A stretch of DNA of 63,240 nt, filler included, from Aduncisulcus paluster (taxonomy: Eukaryota), in assembly GCA_024181965.1 (NCBI GenBank). It is 13 parts of 13 records of this genome, joined end to end, with 100 filler letters (N's around TTAATTAATTAA, not from the genome) between each part and the next. Parts side by side here need not be neighbours in the genome. Positions count along the whole stretch, not along the records: positions 1 to 8,773 come from BQXS01011424.1; positions 8,874 to 13,615 come from BQXS01011425.1; 11 more parts are not named here. One strand, written 5' to 3'. Each line of letters begins with the position of its first letter. The stretch's first letter is position 1. This document shows, one piece after another, positions 1 to 11,968 of the stretch. Both the position numbers and the translations under genes were made by a program. The notes under the pieces were generated by a model that saw only the letters and a list, made by a program, of their open reading frames with translations, had not been told where the DNA came from and searched no databases.

Positions 1-1027
1 GGTAGAGTTTAACAAACTCCTCTTTTGCCCCTTTCCCACGAAATACTGAAAACATGGAATAGGCTTTGAATTTATCCAATGAACGCATTCCCTCATCCAC
101 ATCTGACCCGGAAAGAGCCATTCTCATGTGCGTGGAAAGCAGGGAACTCCAATTTTCAGGAGCTGTTCCTCGATGATCAAAATGGTGTTGAGGGAGGGCA
201 AAAGCATGGGAGATTTTAAGAAGAGGATTTGAAAAGGTCGTACTCACAAGATCATAAAAGGGAGAAGAGGAAGATAATGTGTGAAAAGAGGGAGAAAGTA
301 AAGAACCCAGGATATTTGTAATTTTTCGATTGATTTCAAGAAAAGTCTCAGGAATTCCTTCTTTACGGCAAATTTGCTTCATTCCATCATTAGAAAACGC
401 AATAATACCATCAACAACGTCCAATAGATGAGATAAGGTCATTGTGGCATTGTATTGTTGAATAGTAACTTCTCCATGTGAAAATGGCCATACCGTAACA
501 CATAGTAATGTTGTTCGTCTCAAAAGACTCTTAATATGTTCACAAATATATGTACCAACACCACTACCAGTCCCACCGGCAAGAGAATTGAAAACGATAA
601 TACCTTCGACACCTTCTTCGCACAATGATATTTCTTGCTGTAATTTTTTCTCTACACATTCCCAAATTTTTTTTCCATGATGAGTGTAACCAAATGCCCA
701 AGAATTTCCAGACCCTCCATATCCATACGCAGAAGATCTAGGATCAAAAGAAAGAACATTAGATGTCCTCGAGGAGCATTGAGGATATGATAATCTGAAT
801 TTACAAGTTTTATCAATAACTTTCTGCTCCATATCAATCAGAACACACCTAGGAATCAGTTTTGTTGGACTTCCCTTGCTAACTCGAAAAAAAGATGAAA
901 TATCAAGGGAATTTTCACATTTTGGTGTTTTAGGGATTATAACAGATGTGACAATATCAGAATAGAACGCTGGAATGAGTTGATTTCCGAATTGTCCAAC
1001 GGAGACACATATTATTGAACGAGGCAT
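1..1027 (-). CDS. TUBD1: Delta-tubulin (3'-partial, runs off the window; absent from the ORF track)
   Basis: Manual translation from ATG 1027: MPRSIICVSVGQFGNQL...PRCVLIDMEQKVI...GSGNSWAFGY...SLAGGTGSGVGT...VWPFSHGEVTIQQYNATMTLSHL. GGTGSG is the tubulin signature. DMExKV, GSGNxWAFG and GEVxxQxYN are typical of delta-tubulin. Confidence 0.8.
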   Translation of the reverse strand, partial: MPRSIICVSVGQFGNQLIPAFYSDIVTSVIIPKTPKCENSLDISSFFRVSKGSPTKLIPRCVLIDMEQKVIDKTCKFRLSYPQCSSRTSNVLSFDPRSSAYGYGGSGNSWAFGYTHHGKKIWECVEKKLQQEISLCEEGVEGIIVFNSLAGGTGSGVGTYICEHIKSLLRRTTLLCVTVWPFSHGEVTIQQYNATMTLSHLLDVVDGIIAFSNDGMKQICRKEGIPETFLEINRKITNILGSLLSPSFHTLSSSSPFYDLVSTTFSNPLLKISHAFALPQHHFDHRGTAPENWSSLLSTHMRMALSGSDVDEGMRSLDKFKAYSMFSVFRGKGAKEEFVKLY

Positions 1028-1328
1028 ATAAATTGATCAAAGTTGTAGTATTAAGATCCTTTCAACATAATAAAAAGAATGAATACAAAGAAACTTTTGA
1101 GGTCTCGTTACTTTAACAATTCCCAGAAAAAACAAAGAATGAAAATGCAAGTCTTGCTCCACAGAAAATGAAAATAGAATCGGTAAAACGGGATAAAATA
1201 TAATTTTCATTTGATATCAAACATCAATAAATCCTATACAGATATTGTTTAAACGATGATATTCATTTTTTAAAAATCTCATGCACAACCCGTATTTTTG
1301 AACACGAACAAAGAACCTAATTTGAAAA

Positions 1329-2142
1329 ATGCCTCTTAAGCAAGATTCATTATTAAAATACGACCCTCCGGTTCTTTCAGGAGCAGAGAAGAAGACTACA
1401 AAAGGGAAAACTGGTAGAAAGCTCCTTCCACCCGTTGGAAAGGGAAGTTCAGCTGCATCTGCTCCTGACGATGTTCTTAATGAAATATTGCCACCAAGAA
1501 TTTATCAAGACGGTGATAAAACTTGGATTCAACATGTCAGTACAACTCCTGCTACCAGGATGGACGTTATTAATTTGCAACACTTGTTACAGAAAAGATT
1601 AAAAGAGAGACAAGCCAGAGAAATCGGAATATGCGCTGTTCGCGAAGAGTTATATGCCCAATGTTTTGGTATGTTGTTTTTTGCTTAAATCCGAAGATTT
1701 ATTTGATATATTTATTTGTTTCTTACTTTTTTTTATTATCTTTTTTAATTTTTTAACAATTATTACAGATGAACTCATACGTCAAACAACTGTGGGATGT
1801 TCTGAAAGGGGTGTCCTCTTGACGAAGATAAGAGACGAAATAAGAATGACCGTTCTTTCATATCGTACATTGTATGAATCGGCTGTTGCCTATGGAATGA
1901 GAAAAGCTTTACTTGCTGAACAAGCCCACCAAGAATCTGAAAAACGTGTTGCTCAATTGGAACAACAAAGAGACGATTTGGAAAAACAAACTGTAGAATT
2001 ACGAGCCAGACTTGAAGAAAGTGATAGAAGAGAAGCTGAAAGGCGAGCCATGGAAGAGAAGAAACATGGAGATGAAGTAGATTTCTTAAAAAAACAGGTT
2101 TCTCAGCTAAAGCAACAATTAGAGACATTACTCAGTGTATAG
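1329..2142 (+). CDS. DNALI1: Axonemal inner dynein arm light chain p28; exons 1329-1668 and 1769-2142
   Basis: SLLKYDPPV, ILPPR, VSTTPATRMDVINLQ, RQAREIGICAVREELYAQCF. A 100-nt intron (GTATGT at 1669 to TTACAG at 1768) restores CFDELIRQ...ERGVLL...YESAVAYGMRKAL, followed by a coiled coil. Confidence 0.93.
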
Positions 2143-2815
2143 TCTTATCTTTCAATGATATATTGTATCAGTTTATTTTTTTTTGTTACCTTTCTTCCCC
2201 TATAGTAAAATTCTTTATTGTGTTTTTCGACTGTTTTTAAATCGTTTTGACCTAAAGATAATGACTGTAGGTAAGCCATTTTAATAAAATTATGAATACT
2301 AACCTGTTTGATTGATTTTTTCGCTCGAACAACGGATTTTCCCATATCTCTTTATTCATTGCATATATAGCAATATTTTATGCATATTCAAATGAAATAA
2401 TCCACTATAAATTTGAATATATCTTTAATTCTTGCATTTATTTTTACAATTGTGATTTTCAAAAAAACGAATCATTTTTGATGTCCAAACCGTTTGTAGA
2501 GTTCTTTTTTTCCTTCAGGATTGAAGGAAAATTCATTTATCGTGATGAATTATTCACAAACCACAGCGAAAAGAAGTATTTTATTAAAGTCATGCTATCT
2601 CATCTTAGAGGGTGGTCCGCTGAATTATATCAACGATTGGTGGATCAACCAAATCCTACAATAGCTCTTATGGAGACAGCGGCGGCTGACGTTATAGCTG
2701 GATTAAAATATAAGACTTTACCCAGAGATCAAGTTATGAGAGAAATGCCTCCCATTCAGATAATCTTAGTATCTTCAGNNNNNNNNNNNNNNNNNNNNAA
2801 AACGAATCATTTTTG

Positions 2816-5245
2816 ATGTCCAAACCGTTTGTAGAGTTCTTTTTTTCCTTCAGGATTGAAGGAAAATTCATTTATCGTGATGAATTATTCACAAACCACA
2901 GCGAAAAGAAGTATTTTATTAAAGTCATGCTATCTCATCTTAGAGGGTGGTCCGCTGAATTATATCAACGATTGGTGGATCAACCAAATCCTACAATAGC
3001 TCTTATGGAGACAGCGGCGGCTGAAGTTATAGCTGGATTAAAATATAAGACTTTACCCAGAGATCAAGTTATGAGAGAAATGCCTCCCATTCAGATAATC
3101 TTAGTATCTTCAGGCGGTTCTTCATCAAAGTCATTAAGGGAATTATCCGCAGATTCAGTCTCATCTCTGGTTAGATTAAGAGGAATTGTAGTTTCTGCCA
3201 GCAAGGTTCGTTCGAAGGCCTTAGTTCTCGTTGGAAAGTGTCGTTGTGGGCACACTGTTCATATTCCTGTTGGGCCCGGGTTTACAGGTGCTGCTATGCC
3301 AAATAAGTGCCAACGTGCAGAAGGTAGTGTTGCTCAACCTTGTCCATACAATCCTTATGTTGTTGTGCCTGATGAAAGCACCTTCAGTGATCAACAGACA
3401 TTAAAGATTCAAGAAAATCCCGAAGAACTTCCATCTGGTGAGCTCCCTCGTACTATCTTAGCCACTGCCTCTCGCTATTTGTGTAATATAGTTCAACCCG
3501 GAACCAGGATAAGTGTTCTCGGTATATATTCTATCTTTCAAGCAGGCGGTAAGCGCCAAGGATTGAAAGGAAGAGAGGAGAAGACAGGAGTCAAACGTGC
3601 ATACCTTCGTCTCGTTGGTATAGAATCTCTCACAGAAACCGATTCAAGCTCTTCTGCCCTCACAACCACTTTTACTCGTGATGTTTTATGTCGTACCTTC
3701 AAGATATCAGCGATTGATGACGGACAAATCAACCGTATTTTCAAACATATTGCATCAAAGCCAAATCTTATAGATATTATTAAACGGTCGGTTGCACCAG
3801 CTCTATTCGGTCATGACACTGTTAAATTGGGACTTGCATGCCAATTGTTTGGTGGATCAAGAAAATCATTCCCAGATGGAACGAAATGCCGAGGAGACAT
3901 TAACATTCTGCTCATGGGAGATCCTGGAGTAGGAAAATCCCAGTTTTTGAAATGGATGCACAAAACAGCCCCCGTGGCCGTATACACAAGTGGAAAAGGT
4001 TCGTCTGCTGCCGGTCTCACTGCTGCCGTGACGAAAGATCTCGGTTCTGGTGAATTCTATCTCGAAGGTGGAGCCATGGTGCTCTCTGATGGTGGAGTAT
4101 GTTGTATCGATGAGTTTGATAAAATGTCTGACACCGATCGTGTTGCTATTCACGAAGCTATGGAACAGCAGACCGTGTCTGTTGCTAAGGCCGGAATTAC
4201 AACAATTCTGAATGCTCGTTCGTCCGTTCTTGCAGCTGCAAACCCTGTTTCTGGTCGTTATGATGATCTCAGATCAGCCGCTGAACAAATTGAGTTCCAA
4301 TCCACAATTTTGTCTCGTTTTGATCTTATTTACATCATGAAAGATCGTCCATCTGTGGAAGCCGATCAGAAGGTTGCTGAACATGTCATTTCACTCCATG
4401 AGCGTGCCACTGTTCTCAATGACCACTTGGGAAGTTCGATTGATGTTATTACGAGTAATTTATCCCTTATTGAGGCTGCTCAGATGGTTATTGGTGCCAG
4501 TCTTGACTCAAAGACCACTGAGAAAGATGAAACAAGTAGTAAGGATGAGGAAGACGAGGAGGACGGAGAAGAAACAAAGGAAAGCAAGGCCCTGAAGAAA
4601 GCTGCGAGTGCCCGACGTGATCAAAGTTATCTCTCCAGTCTCGACATTCAACTTGCAGCACCGAATTCTACAATTGACGGCTCACTTCTCAGTGCTTACG
4701 CATCATATACTCGCCAATACATTCATCCGCGCCTTGGAGAGAGTGCTGTTGATCGTCTCAAGGATGCTTATATCCGAATGAGGAAGGAGGCTGATGGTGA
4801 TGAAGGAAAGTCTGCCCCAGGTTCTGTATTCCGTTCCAAACGTAAGTCTGGAAGCACCGTTCCCATCACCGTCAGACAGTTGGAAGCCATGGTTCGTATC
4901 GCAGAGGCCTTTGCAAGGATTGAGATGAAAGAGCTTGTGACCGAAGAGCATGTAGAACGTGCCATTGAGCTATTTAGTGAATCCACAATGGCTGCAGTGC
5001 GGACAGGTGCAGTTGTCGTCGAGGGAATGATGGGAACAGCAGCTCAAAAGGATGTGGAAGAAGTCAAGGAGTTGGTTCGTAACAGGCTTCCATATGGCGC
5101 TTCTATTGGAGTTAAACATATTCGTGCCGACTTAATGAGTAGAGGAAAGAGTATGGGTCTTGTTGATAAAGCTCTTTATTCTTTGATCAGAGAGAGAAAT
5201 TTCGAACTTATTAAACAAGGAAATATTCTTAGAAGAATCCGGTAA
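2816..5245 (+). CDS. MCM5: DNA replication licensing factor MCM5
   Basis: Walker A GDPGVGKSQ, YTSGKGSSAAGLTA (MCM5-type), CCIDEFDKM, DRVAIHEAMEQQT, arginine finger SRFD, ITVRQLEA, and an N-terminal Zn finger. The first ~300 bp are duplicated before the gap at 2779-2798. Confidence 0.93.
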   Translation: MSKPFVEFFFSFRIEGKFIYRDELFTNHSEKKYFIKVMLSHLRGWSAELYQRLVDQPNPTIALMETAAAEVIAGLKYKTLPRDQVMREMPPIQIILVSSGGSSSKSLRELSADSVSSLVRLRGIVVSASKVRSKALVLVGKCRCGHTVHIPVGPGFTGAAMPNKCQRAEGSVAQPCPYNPYVVVPDESTFSDQQTLKIQENPEELPSGELPRTILATASRYLCNIVQPGTRISVLGIYSIFQAGGKRQGLKGREEKTGVKRAYLRLVGIESLTETDSSSSALTTTFTRDVLCRTFKISAIDDGQINRIFKHIASKPNLIDIIKRSVAPALFGHDTVKLGLACQLFGGSRKSFPDGTKCRGDINILLMGDPGVGKSQFLKWMHKTAPVAVYTSGKGSSAAGLTAAVTKDLGSGEFYLEGGAMVLSDGGVCCIDEFDKMSDTDRVAIHEAMEQQTVSVAKAGITTILNARSSVLAAANPVSGRYDDLRSAAEQIEFQSTILSRFDLIYIMKDRPSVEADQKVAEHVISLHERATVLNDHLGSSIDVITSNLSLIEAAQMVIGASLDSKTTEKDETSSKDEEDEEDGEETKESKALKKAASARRDQSYLSSLDIQLAAPNSTIDGSLLSAYASYTRQYIHPRLGESAVDRLKDAYIRMRKEADGDEGKSAPGSVFRSKRKSGSTVPITVRQLEAMVRIAEAFARIEMKELVTEEHVERAIELFSESTMAAVRTGAVVVEGMMGTAAQKDVEEVKELVRNRLPYGASIGVKHIRADLMSRGKSMGLVDKALYSLIRERNFELIKQGNILRRIR

Positions 5246-5357
5246 AAGGCATAATAAACAATATTGATGCAATACCTTGTTGGAATTCATATATTTAGCA
5301 AGAAGCAAGGTAAATTAGAGAAAAAAAGAATACTGATCAACACAGATCAGAGATTAT

Positions 5358-6004
5358 TTATTTCTTAGAGTCCAAGAATTGTTCGTGACAGGCACCACAG
5401 TAGAAGTGAGTCTTGTGCTCAGCAAGGAAAATACCAGCACCACAGTGAGGACACTCACGGTTGATACGTTTAACAGTGTCACCATCGACCTTGTAGTATT
5501 TAAGAACCCTAAGCTTGATCTTCCTCTTGGAAAGATCTCTCTTCTGCTTCTTTGGTCCAGTCTTGGTCTTCTTCTTACGCTTCTTCTTACCACCACGAAG
5601 ACGGAGAACAAGATGAAGGGTAGAATCCTTCATGATGTTGTAGTCACCGAGAGTACGGCCCTCATCAAGCTGCTTACCAGCGAAAATGAGACGTTGTTGC
5701 TCAGGAGGGATACCTTCCTTCTCCTGGATCTTAGCCTTAACGGAGTCGATAGAGTCACTCTGATCGACGTCAAGGGTGATGGTCTTACCAGTCAATGTAC
5801 GTACAAAGATCTAAAATGTAAAAAGAGAAAGAAATAAAACGAAAAAAAATAGAAGAGAAAAGTAAAACAATATTAAATATTGACAAATGAATTATAATCA
5901 ATAACAGATGAAAGTAAAAAACAAATGGAAACAAAAGGTGAATAAATGATACAAATATACAACAACAATAGTAAGAGGCTAAAAAAATAATTTCATACCT
6001 GCAT
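5358..6004 (-). CDS. RPS27A: Ubiquitin-40S ribosomal protein S27a (eS31) fusion; exons 6004-5999 and 5810-5358
   Basis: ATG CAG|GTATGA...TTTTAG|ATC TTT GTA gives [11 protein letters not shown] across a 188-nt intron (5811-5998). LRLRGG is followed by a Lys-rich segment and the CPHC...YCGAC Zn finger. Confidence 0.96.
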
Positions 6005-6354
6005 GACAGTGATAACTAGAGGACGAAAGAGGGAATTAAGGGAGATTCTTAGTCTCAGCTTCCACCTATTTTTGGAAGTTTGAGAAATACGCTTTATAGG
6101 AAGGATGGAAGATTATATCATTAAAGAAAGGTTTGATTTAAACATTAATTCGCAATTATATTCTGAGAATCCGATTCAACTTTTATTTTTTGTGTCAAGT
6201 TCTCGAATACTTCTAGCTCTATTAAACAGAAATAATTTCGTAGTTATTATGGGGAAAAATTTTAGAATTGCTTTCTCAAGTTTTATTTGTCATTTTTTAT
6301 AATTCTACATCTGATTGAAAGTTGTTCAACCATCAATCACCCTTCTTCTGGCAA

Positions 6355-8773
6355 ATGGGGGAGGAAACACGTGAAAAAACTCAAAAGGCACTTACTGTTA
6401 CTCCAGAAAGGAGGAAAATAGTGCTTAGAAATCTTCCTTTCAATGCTGATCTTTCTCTCCTTAGAACCAAGCTCGAAGAGGCCACTAGTGGCAAAGTTGA
6501 CGAATTAATTATTCCAAAGATACATCTCCTTGAACGTTCAAGCACATCTAAGAGGACAAATAACGGTGTGGTCTTCGCTGTCTTTTCTTCAAGGATACAT
6601 GTTGAAAAAGCTTTGAAACTCTCGATAAAAATGAAATGCAGACAAATTGCAATTGATGAAGCTATTCCCAAAGATCAATATGATTCATTACAGGAAGATA
6701 GAGAGCGTAAAATGAAANNNNNNNNNNNNNNNNNNNNGTGCTTAGAAATCTTCCTTTCAATGCTGATCTTTCTCTCCTTAGAACCAAGCTCGAAGAGGCC
6801 ACTAGTGGCAAAGTTGACGAATTAATTATTCCAAAGATACATCTCCTTGAACGTTCAAGCACATCTAAGAGGACAAATAACGGTGTGGTCTTCGCTGTCT
6901 TTTCTTCAAGGATACATGTTGAAAAAGCTTTGAAACTCTCGATAAAAATGAAAGGCAGACAAATTGCAATTGATGAAGCTATTCCCAAAGATCAATATGA
7001 TTCATTACAGGAAGATAGAGAGCGTAAAATGAAAAAAGAAATTGAGGAAGAGACATTACGTCGTGAAGCAGCTGCCGAAGAAAGAAAGAAGAGACGTGCT
7101 GAATCTAGCGTCACCTCCAAAGAAAATTGGACAAAGGCCACTTCTAAAGAGGAACTCCAAGATTTGAAGTCTGATCAAATGGCCCGAACAGTGTTTCTCA
7201 CTGGAATCTGCACAATCAGTCCTCTCGACATGAAAAGAGGTGTAAAAAAAGGTTTAATTCATCCCAATAGTGGGACAGACTCATCTTATGCATTTATTAA
7301 AGGTAAGCTTAATGGTATTATGGGTTCATTTGGCCCCATTGAATCTCTTAAGCTTGTATGTGATAGTTCACATCGTCCAACGGGCTCGGCGTTTGTCCGT
7401 TATTATTCCGCATCATCTGCTCATTCAGCCATTCAAGAATCTCTCTCAAACGTTGGTCGAGGAGTTAAGTGGTGTGTTCAGAGAGATATCTGGGACGACG
7501 GTGAATTTGGAAAGCATATGAGTGCCTGGGTGAAGCGTGAGAGAAGGAAAGGAAATGATGTGGTTGCTGACAAGGGGCAACCAGCTGAATCCCTCACTGC
7601 AAAGGCTCAGAGAGAGGAGATTGAACGTAACATTAAAGATGCCATCAAAGAGGAATCCAAGGATAAGAAACCCAATCCCAAGGATCACAAGAGAGCTGAT
7701 GCCGAGGAGGAGACAAGTGAAGAAGAGGAAGAGGTTGAGAAAGATGAGGAGAAGGATATCGAGGTTTCCAAACGTTCATCCGGTCCATCAACCCTTGGAG
7801 AATACCTCGCTCAGCACAGCAAAGTCCAGATCAACGGCAAACCTTTCCTCATTCTCCCTGCACTCACAAGGGAGGAAGAGGCCGCTCGTCGTAAGAATGA
7901 GAAGCGTATGATGGCCACCATGGCAACAGAGTCCCACGATCCGTATAGCGTCCTTTATCGTGAACTCCTTGGTTTCATTGATCCGAATGATCGAAGGAAC
8001 CTTTGTCTCTCACGTCGTGGTGTACTCGTTCCGCCCAGTGTCAACATATCCAAGAGTAAGATGAGTGAAGGCGATGTTCGTCTCCGAATTGATTCTTGGA
8101 AACGTAAGAAGAGCAAGCTCCAGAGTCCCAATCATTTTGTTTCCCCAGTGTCCCTGTCTATTATGAACATTCCTCATGAAATGGATGAGAAACAACTCAA
8201 AACTGTGTGCATTGCTGCTGCCAACAAGGGAAGGGTCAGTGTTTACATGTACAGTGGGGAAGGTAATGAAGATCTCCTGTCCAAAGTGCCCAAGGATCAC
8301 CGAGGTATGCGAAAGAGTGTTAAAATTATAAAATGTAAGATTACCAAAAGCATTAAGAATGGAAAATTATTACGATATGGTTTTATTACCTTCTCTAGAT
8401 ATGTTGATGCCTGTTCTTGCCTGCGATGGATGAATAACAATGACAAGGGATTTATGGCTGTTGATGAACTTGATTCCTCTCAGGATAAACAACATAGCAA
8501 TAAGAAGAAGGGGAAGAAGGGAAAGAAAGGGAAAGATCACTCTGTTGAAGAAAAGGATGAAAAGGCTCTTCCAAGACCTATTGTTGAGTTTTCCGTTGAA
8601 TCTATCGCCTCTCTGAGAAAGCATGCTCACATCTGTGAAGATGTTAGAAGAAAACAACAACTCAAGGAGAAAGAGAAAGAGAAAACTCAGAAACAATCGA
8701 AACAGAGTAAGAAGAAGGAAGAGAAGCAAGGAGTGGGAAAGAGTAAGAAGGATGATTCCCAACAATCTGAGCA
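6355..8773 (+). CDS. RBM28: Multi-RRM nucleolar protein, Nop4/RBM28-like (3'-partial; ~300 bp duplicated across the gap at 6718-6737)
   Basis: VLRNLPF RRM, ARTVFL...GSAFVRY RRM, DRRNLCLSRRG, KLQSPNHFVSPVSLSIMNIP, YGFITF and RPIVEFSVE follow the Nop4/RBM28 pattern. Confidence 0.75.
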
Positions 8774-8873
8774 NNNNNNNNNNNNNNNNNNNNNNNNNNN
8801 NNNNNNNNNNNNNNNNNTTAATTAATTAANNNNNNNNNNNNNNNNNNNNNNNNNNNNNNNNNNNNNNNNNNNN
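8774..8873. other. Artificial contig linker, N-run + TTAATTAATTAA + N-run (first of 12 in the window)
   Basis: The same 12-mer, with stops in all six frames, sits inside every ~100-nt N block. Confidence 0.98.
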
Positions 8874-11800
8874 CCAACATGACACCAGTCCATTGATGCC
8901 CATTGCTCCCCTGAGTGTAACAGCCCCTCAGAATGGAAACCTTTCAAGAGTCCCAGTTGATCTACTACCTGAACTCATAAGAGACCCTCCTGCAGCTAAC
9001 CATATCCCTGCAGGTCCTCTGTTACCTCTGGCCTCTGCAGAACTCCCACTCCCAGTCTCTCAACCACAACCTGAACCGGTCATACCTCCCCCTAACTCTT
9101 CCGAAACTACACAGAGACCTGCCTCAACAACGACAGACTCACCGCAAGAGCTCGTTTCCTCGACAATCCCGAACAGGCCTGAACATGATAGGCATGGCGA
9201 TGGATATCTCAACAAAGTCATCCTCGAAGCCACTAATCAGCAATCTCTCGATGCCGCCTACAGAGCAGTATCACAAGCAGCTCGAGCCAGAACAGCATCC
9301 AAGCGCCCTCCTCGTCAAACTAAGACCAGTTCAACTGTCCCTCGACGGATCACTATGATCTCACAGATCCATATGGAAGACCTCCCAGAAAATCTATGGC
9401 AGATGATCCAACCCAGTGTTGAACACAAGAATATTCCTGCTATTAATGCTCTGCTACGGAAATATCATGCACTTGAGGCGAAAAAACACAGTCGAGCAAG
9501 GAAGTTCCACATCCAATGCTTTCGTGACCTAAAGAAGGCCATCTCTCTCCCCGGAGCTTCTGCCCCGCCAGATGTCCTAACACGATATGTTTCCCGTTAC
9601 TCTGGACCTGAATCTGACCCTCCTGAATTCCCAGCATGCACTGCAAGAACTGATCTATTCGCGTGTGAATCAATTAGTGTTATGGAAGTCCGGAATGCTC
9701 TCCAGAACATCACTCACTCTGCTGCTGGACCAGACAAAGTTACGTGGAGAGCCATGAAAACCATATCAGCTGCAACCTGGTGCTCACTATTCAATCGAGT
9801 CCTCGATTTGGCAATGATCCCCTCACAATGGAGAAATATCCAAGGCCACCTGATAGATAAGGATGCTGGAGAACCTGAACCACGGAATCCATCAGAGCTC
9901 AGCAGATGGCGACCACTCTTCATTGGATCCCATGCGATGAGACTCATGAGCACAGTCATCAACAGAAGATTGGTGCAATGGATTTCATATAACCATGTTA
10001 TCATGCCTTATCAAACAGGTTTCTTCCCTGAATATGGAACATTAACCAATGTCATGACGGCTAGGGAACTTATTGCTGATGGAGCAACAGGAATAGCCAT
10101 TGATTTATCAGATGCCTTTGGCTCTGTCCATCATGCTCTCTTGAGAGATGTTATCTCCAATACCTGCACAGGGAAAATTGCACACTTCCTCCTCCTCATA
10201 CTCAACCCTTCTGTGCAGCTTGAGGACGGAAGGAGAAGTATATCTATCGGAGTGCCCCAAGGCTCGCCCTTATCTCCAATGCTCTTCAACTTGTCACTTG
10301 ATCGAGCAATTCCCCCGGAAGTCAAGACACACTTGTTAGCCTATGCAGATGATATTCTTCTTCTGCACGAAGACCCCACCACTCTCCAGCGATTCCTCAC
10401 GTCACTATGCGATAGGTTGACACTCCATGGATTCAAAGTGAATGGTAACAAATGTTTCACAATCGGAAACAGTGTTGACTTATACATCAATGGTGATCGA
10501 GTAAGAGATGGAACAGAAAGAGATAAGTATCTTGGTATCTCCATCTCCACTGGCAGTGCAATGAGATACTCATCAAAGACGACGCTAGATCTTGCACTAG
10601 CAGAAGCGACAAGAATTCTCTCCCTTCCTCTCCTCTTGCCTCACTTCCTTGAAGCTGTTAAGACATACATTGCCCCATTATTCATATATATGGGATCACT
10701 AGGACTGGTTAGGAGAGACACATGTCACCACATTGATGTAATGATCAAAAACAAGCTTCGTAGTATCATGCAAATTCATGCCCATGTCCTTCCAGACTCG
10801 TTTCTCTATACTCCTCGTGAGCATGGAGGAATGGGGCTGGCCTCTGTAACGGACATGATCGATGTTGCACGTGCTGGATTGTTATTGCGTGCCTTGTCAT
10901 TTCCCAGCATCGTCCCAAGATTCCACCACTTCTTGGAGGGGATTGTTCACGAATGGAATGAAGGAGCGCTAAACATCACATGGACCGAACATGGAGACAT
11001 GCAGAGAAGACAATCTGACCAGACTATGAACAAACGATTAAGGAATCTCAACTGGTACGGGTGCTTATCTGCAATCAAACGCCTCCAACTGACGCTGCAC
11101 GAAGATGACTGCTTCAAACTCTGTGCTCCTCCATCTACTACCATCACTTTAGACAATCACAAGATGATAGCCAAAAGATATGGACTGATGAGAGCAGCAG
11201 AATGGGCATCATGCCCCTCTAAGGGAGTAAGTGCTCCATACTACATCAAACATCCTCTTTCGTCAATTCTCTTTAGAAGATCTTCCACTCAACAACACCT
11301 GATGATCCTGTTGCGTGCTCAGCAAGCTGCTGTTGCTGGGAGAAGACGCACAGGGGATAGATCATGCCCTCACTGCAGCTGTGATTTCGAATCCCAAACA
11401 CATGCACTGTCTTGTTGTCCCCAATTCATCCCACATTATCGGCGAAGACACCACCAAGTGCGGGATTCTGTCGCCAATTCGATCCGCCAGGTCCACCCAA
11501 CATGGGAAGTGGAAACTGAAGCCTGCTTCTCACCCACTCTCAGACCTGACATTCATGTCGTAAGATCTGATGGGCATGAAATCTGGATAGAGATTGGTAT
11601 CACTCGGGAAAACGCAATCCAAGAGCAGCTAGAAGCCATCTATCAAAAGAAAACACGTCATTATAATCATATTCCCTCTGATGAACTTCTGGTCATGATA
11701 TTTGGTCATGTGGGCATCTCAAGTGTCCAGCTTCAGGCTGAATTAATCGACAAACTTCAACTAAGCGAAAGGAAAGCAATCGATCTCCTGGCTGATGCTG

Positions 11801-11945
11801 GAATGATCTGCTTTTTCCAATCTACTCACATACTTCGAGTCAGGGAAGCTGCAAGACGAGGCCATAACGGGCCCTAAACCAATATTATGCTGACATGTCT
11901 GCCAGTAAATCCCTGCAATTTAAATATATCATAATAATAACAAAC
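8874..11945 (+). mobile_element. Non-LTR retrotransposon with restriction-like endonuclease (R2/NeSL/CRE/Genie-type). Single ORF open from the contig start to 11877.
   Basis: RT motifs AAGPDKV, WRPL, YQTGF, DLSDAFGSVHH, GVPQGSPLSPMLFN, LAYADD, KYLG; thumb GGMGL; CCHC knuckle CPHC..ESQTHALSCC; RHHQV; RPDI..IEIG nuclease motif. Short 3' UTR ending in (ATA)n-like sequence. Confidence 0.92.
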
Positions 11946-11968
11946 TAACTGAATCTTTTACTAGCTAA

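Noticed and set aside
2464-3113. Apparent tandem duplication of the MCM5 5' end (one SNP, GAC/GAA)
   Set aside because: It flanks a 20-N scaffold gap, so it is an unmerged overlap or allelic haplotypes.
5379-5837. Antisense and alternative-frame ORFs over Ub-RPS27a, ygeW and other genes
   Set aside because: Shadow ORFs caused by codon bias or low-complexity sequence, with no motifs.
6420-7035. Apparent duplicated RRM in Nop4/RBM28 (TGC/GGC difference)
   Set aside because: Same gap-overlap artefact, around 6718-6737.
8774-8873. Recurrent TTAATTAATTAA palindrome between N runs
   Set aside because: Artificial six-frame-stop linker joining contigs. Adjacency across it carries no biological meaning.
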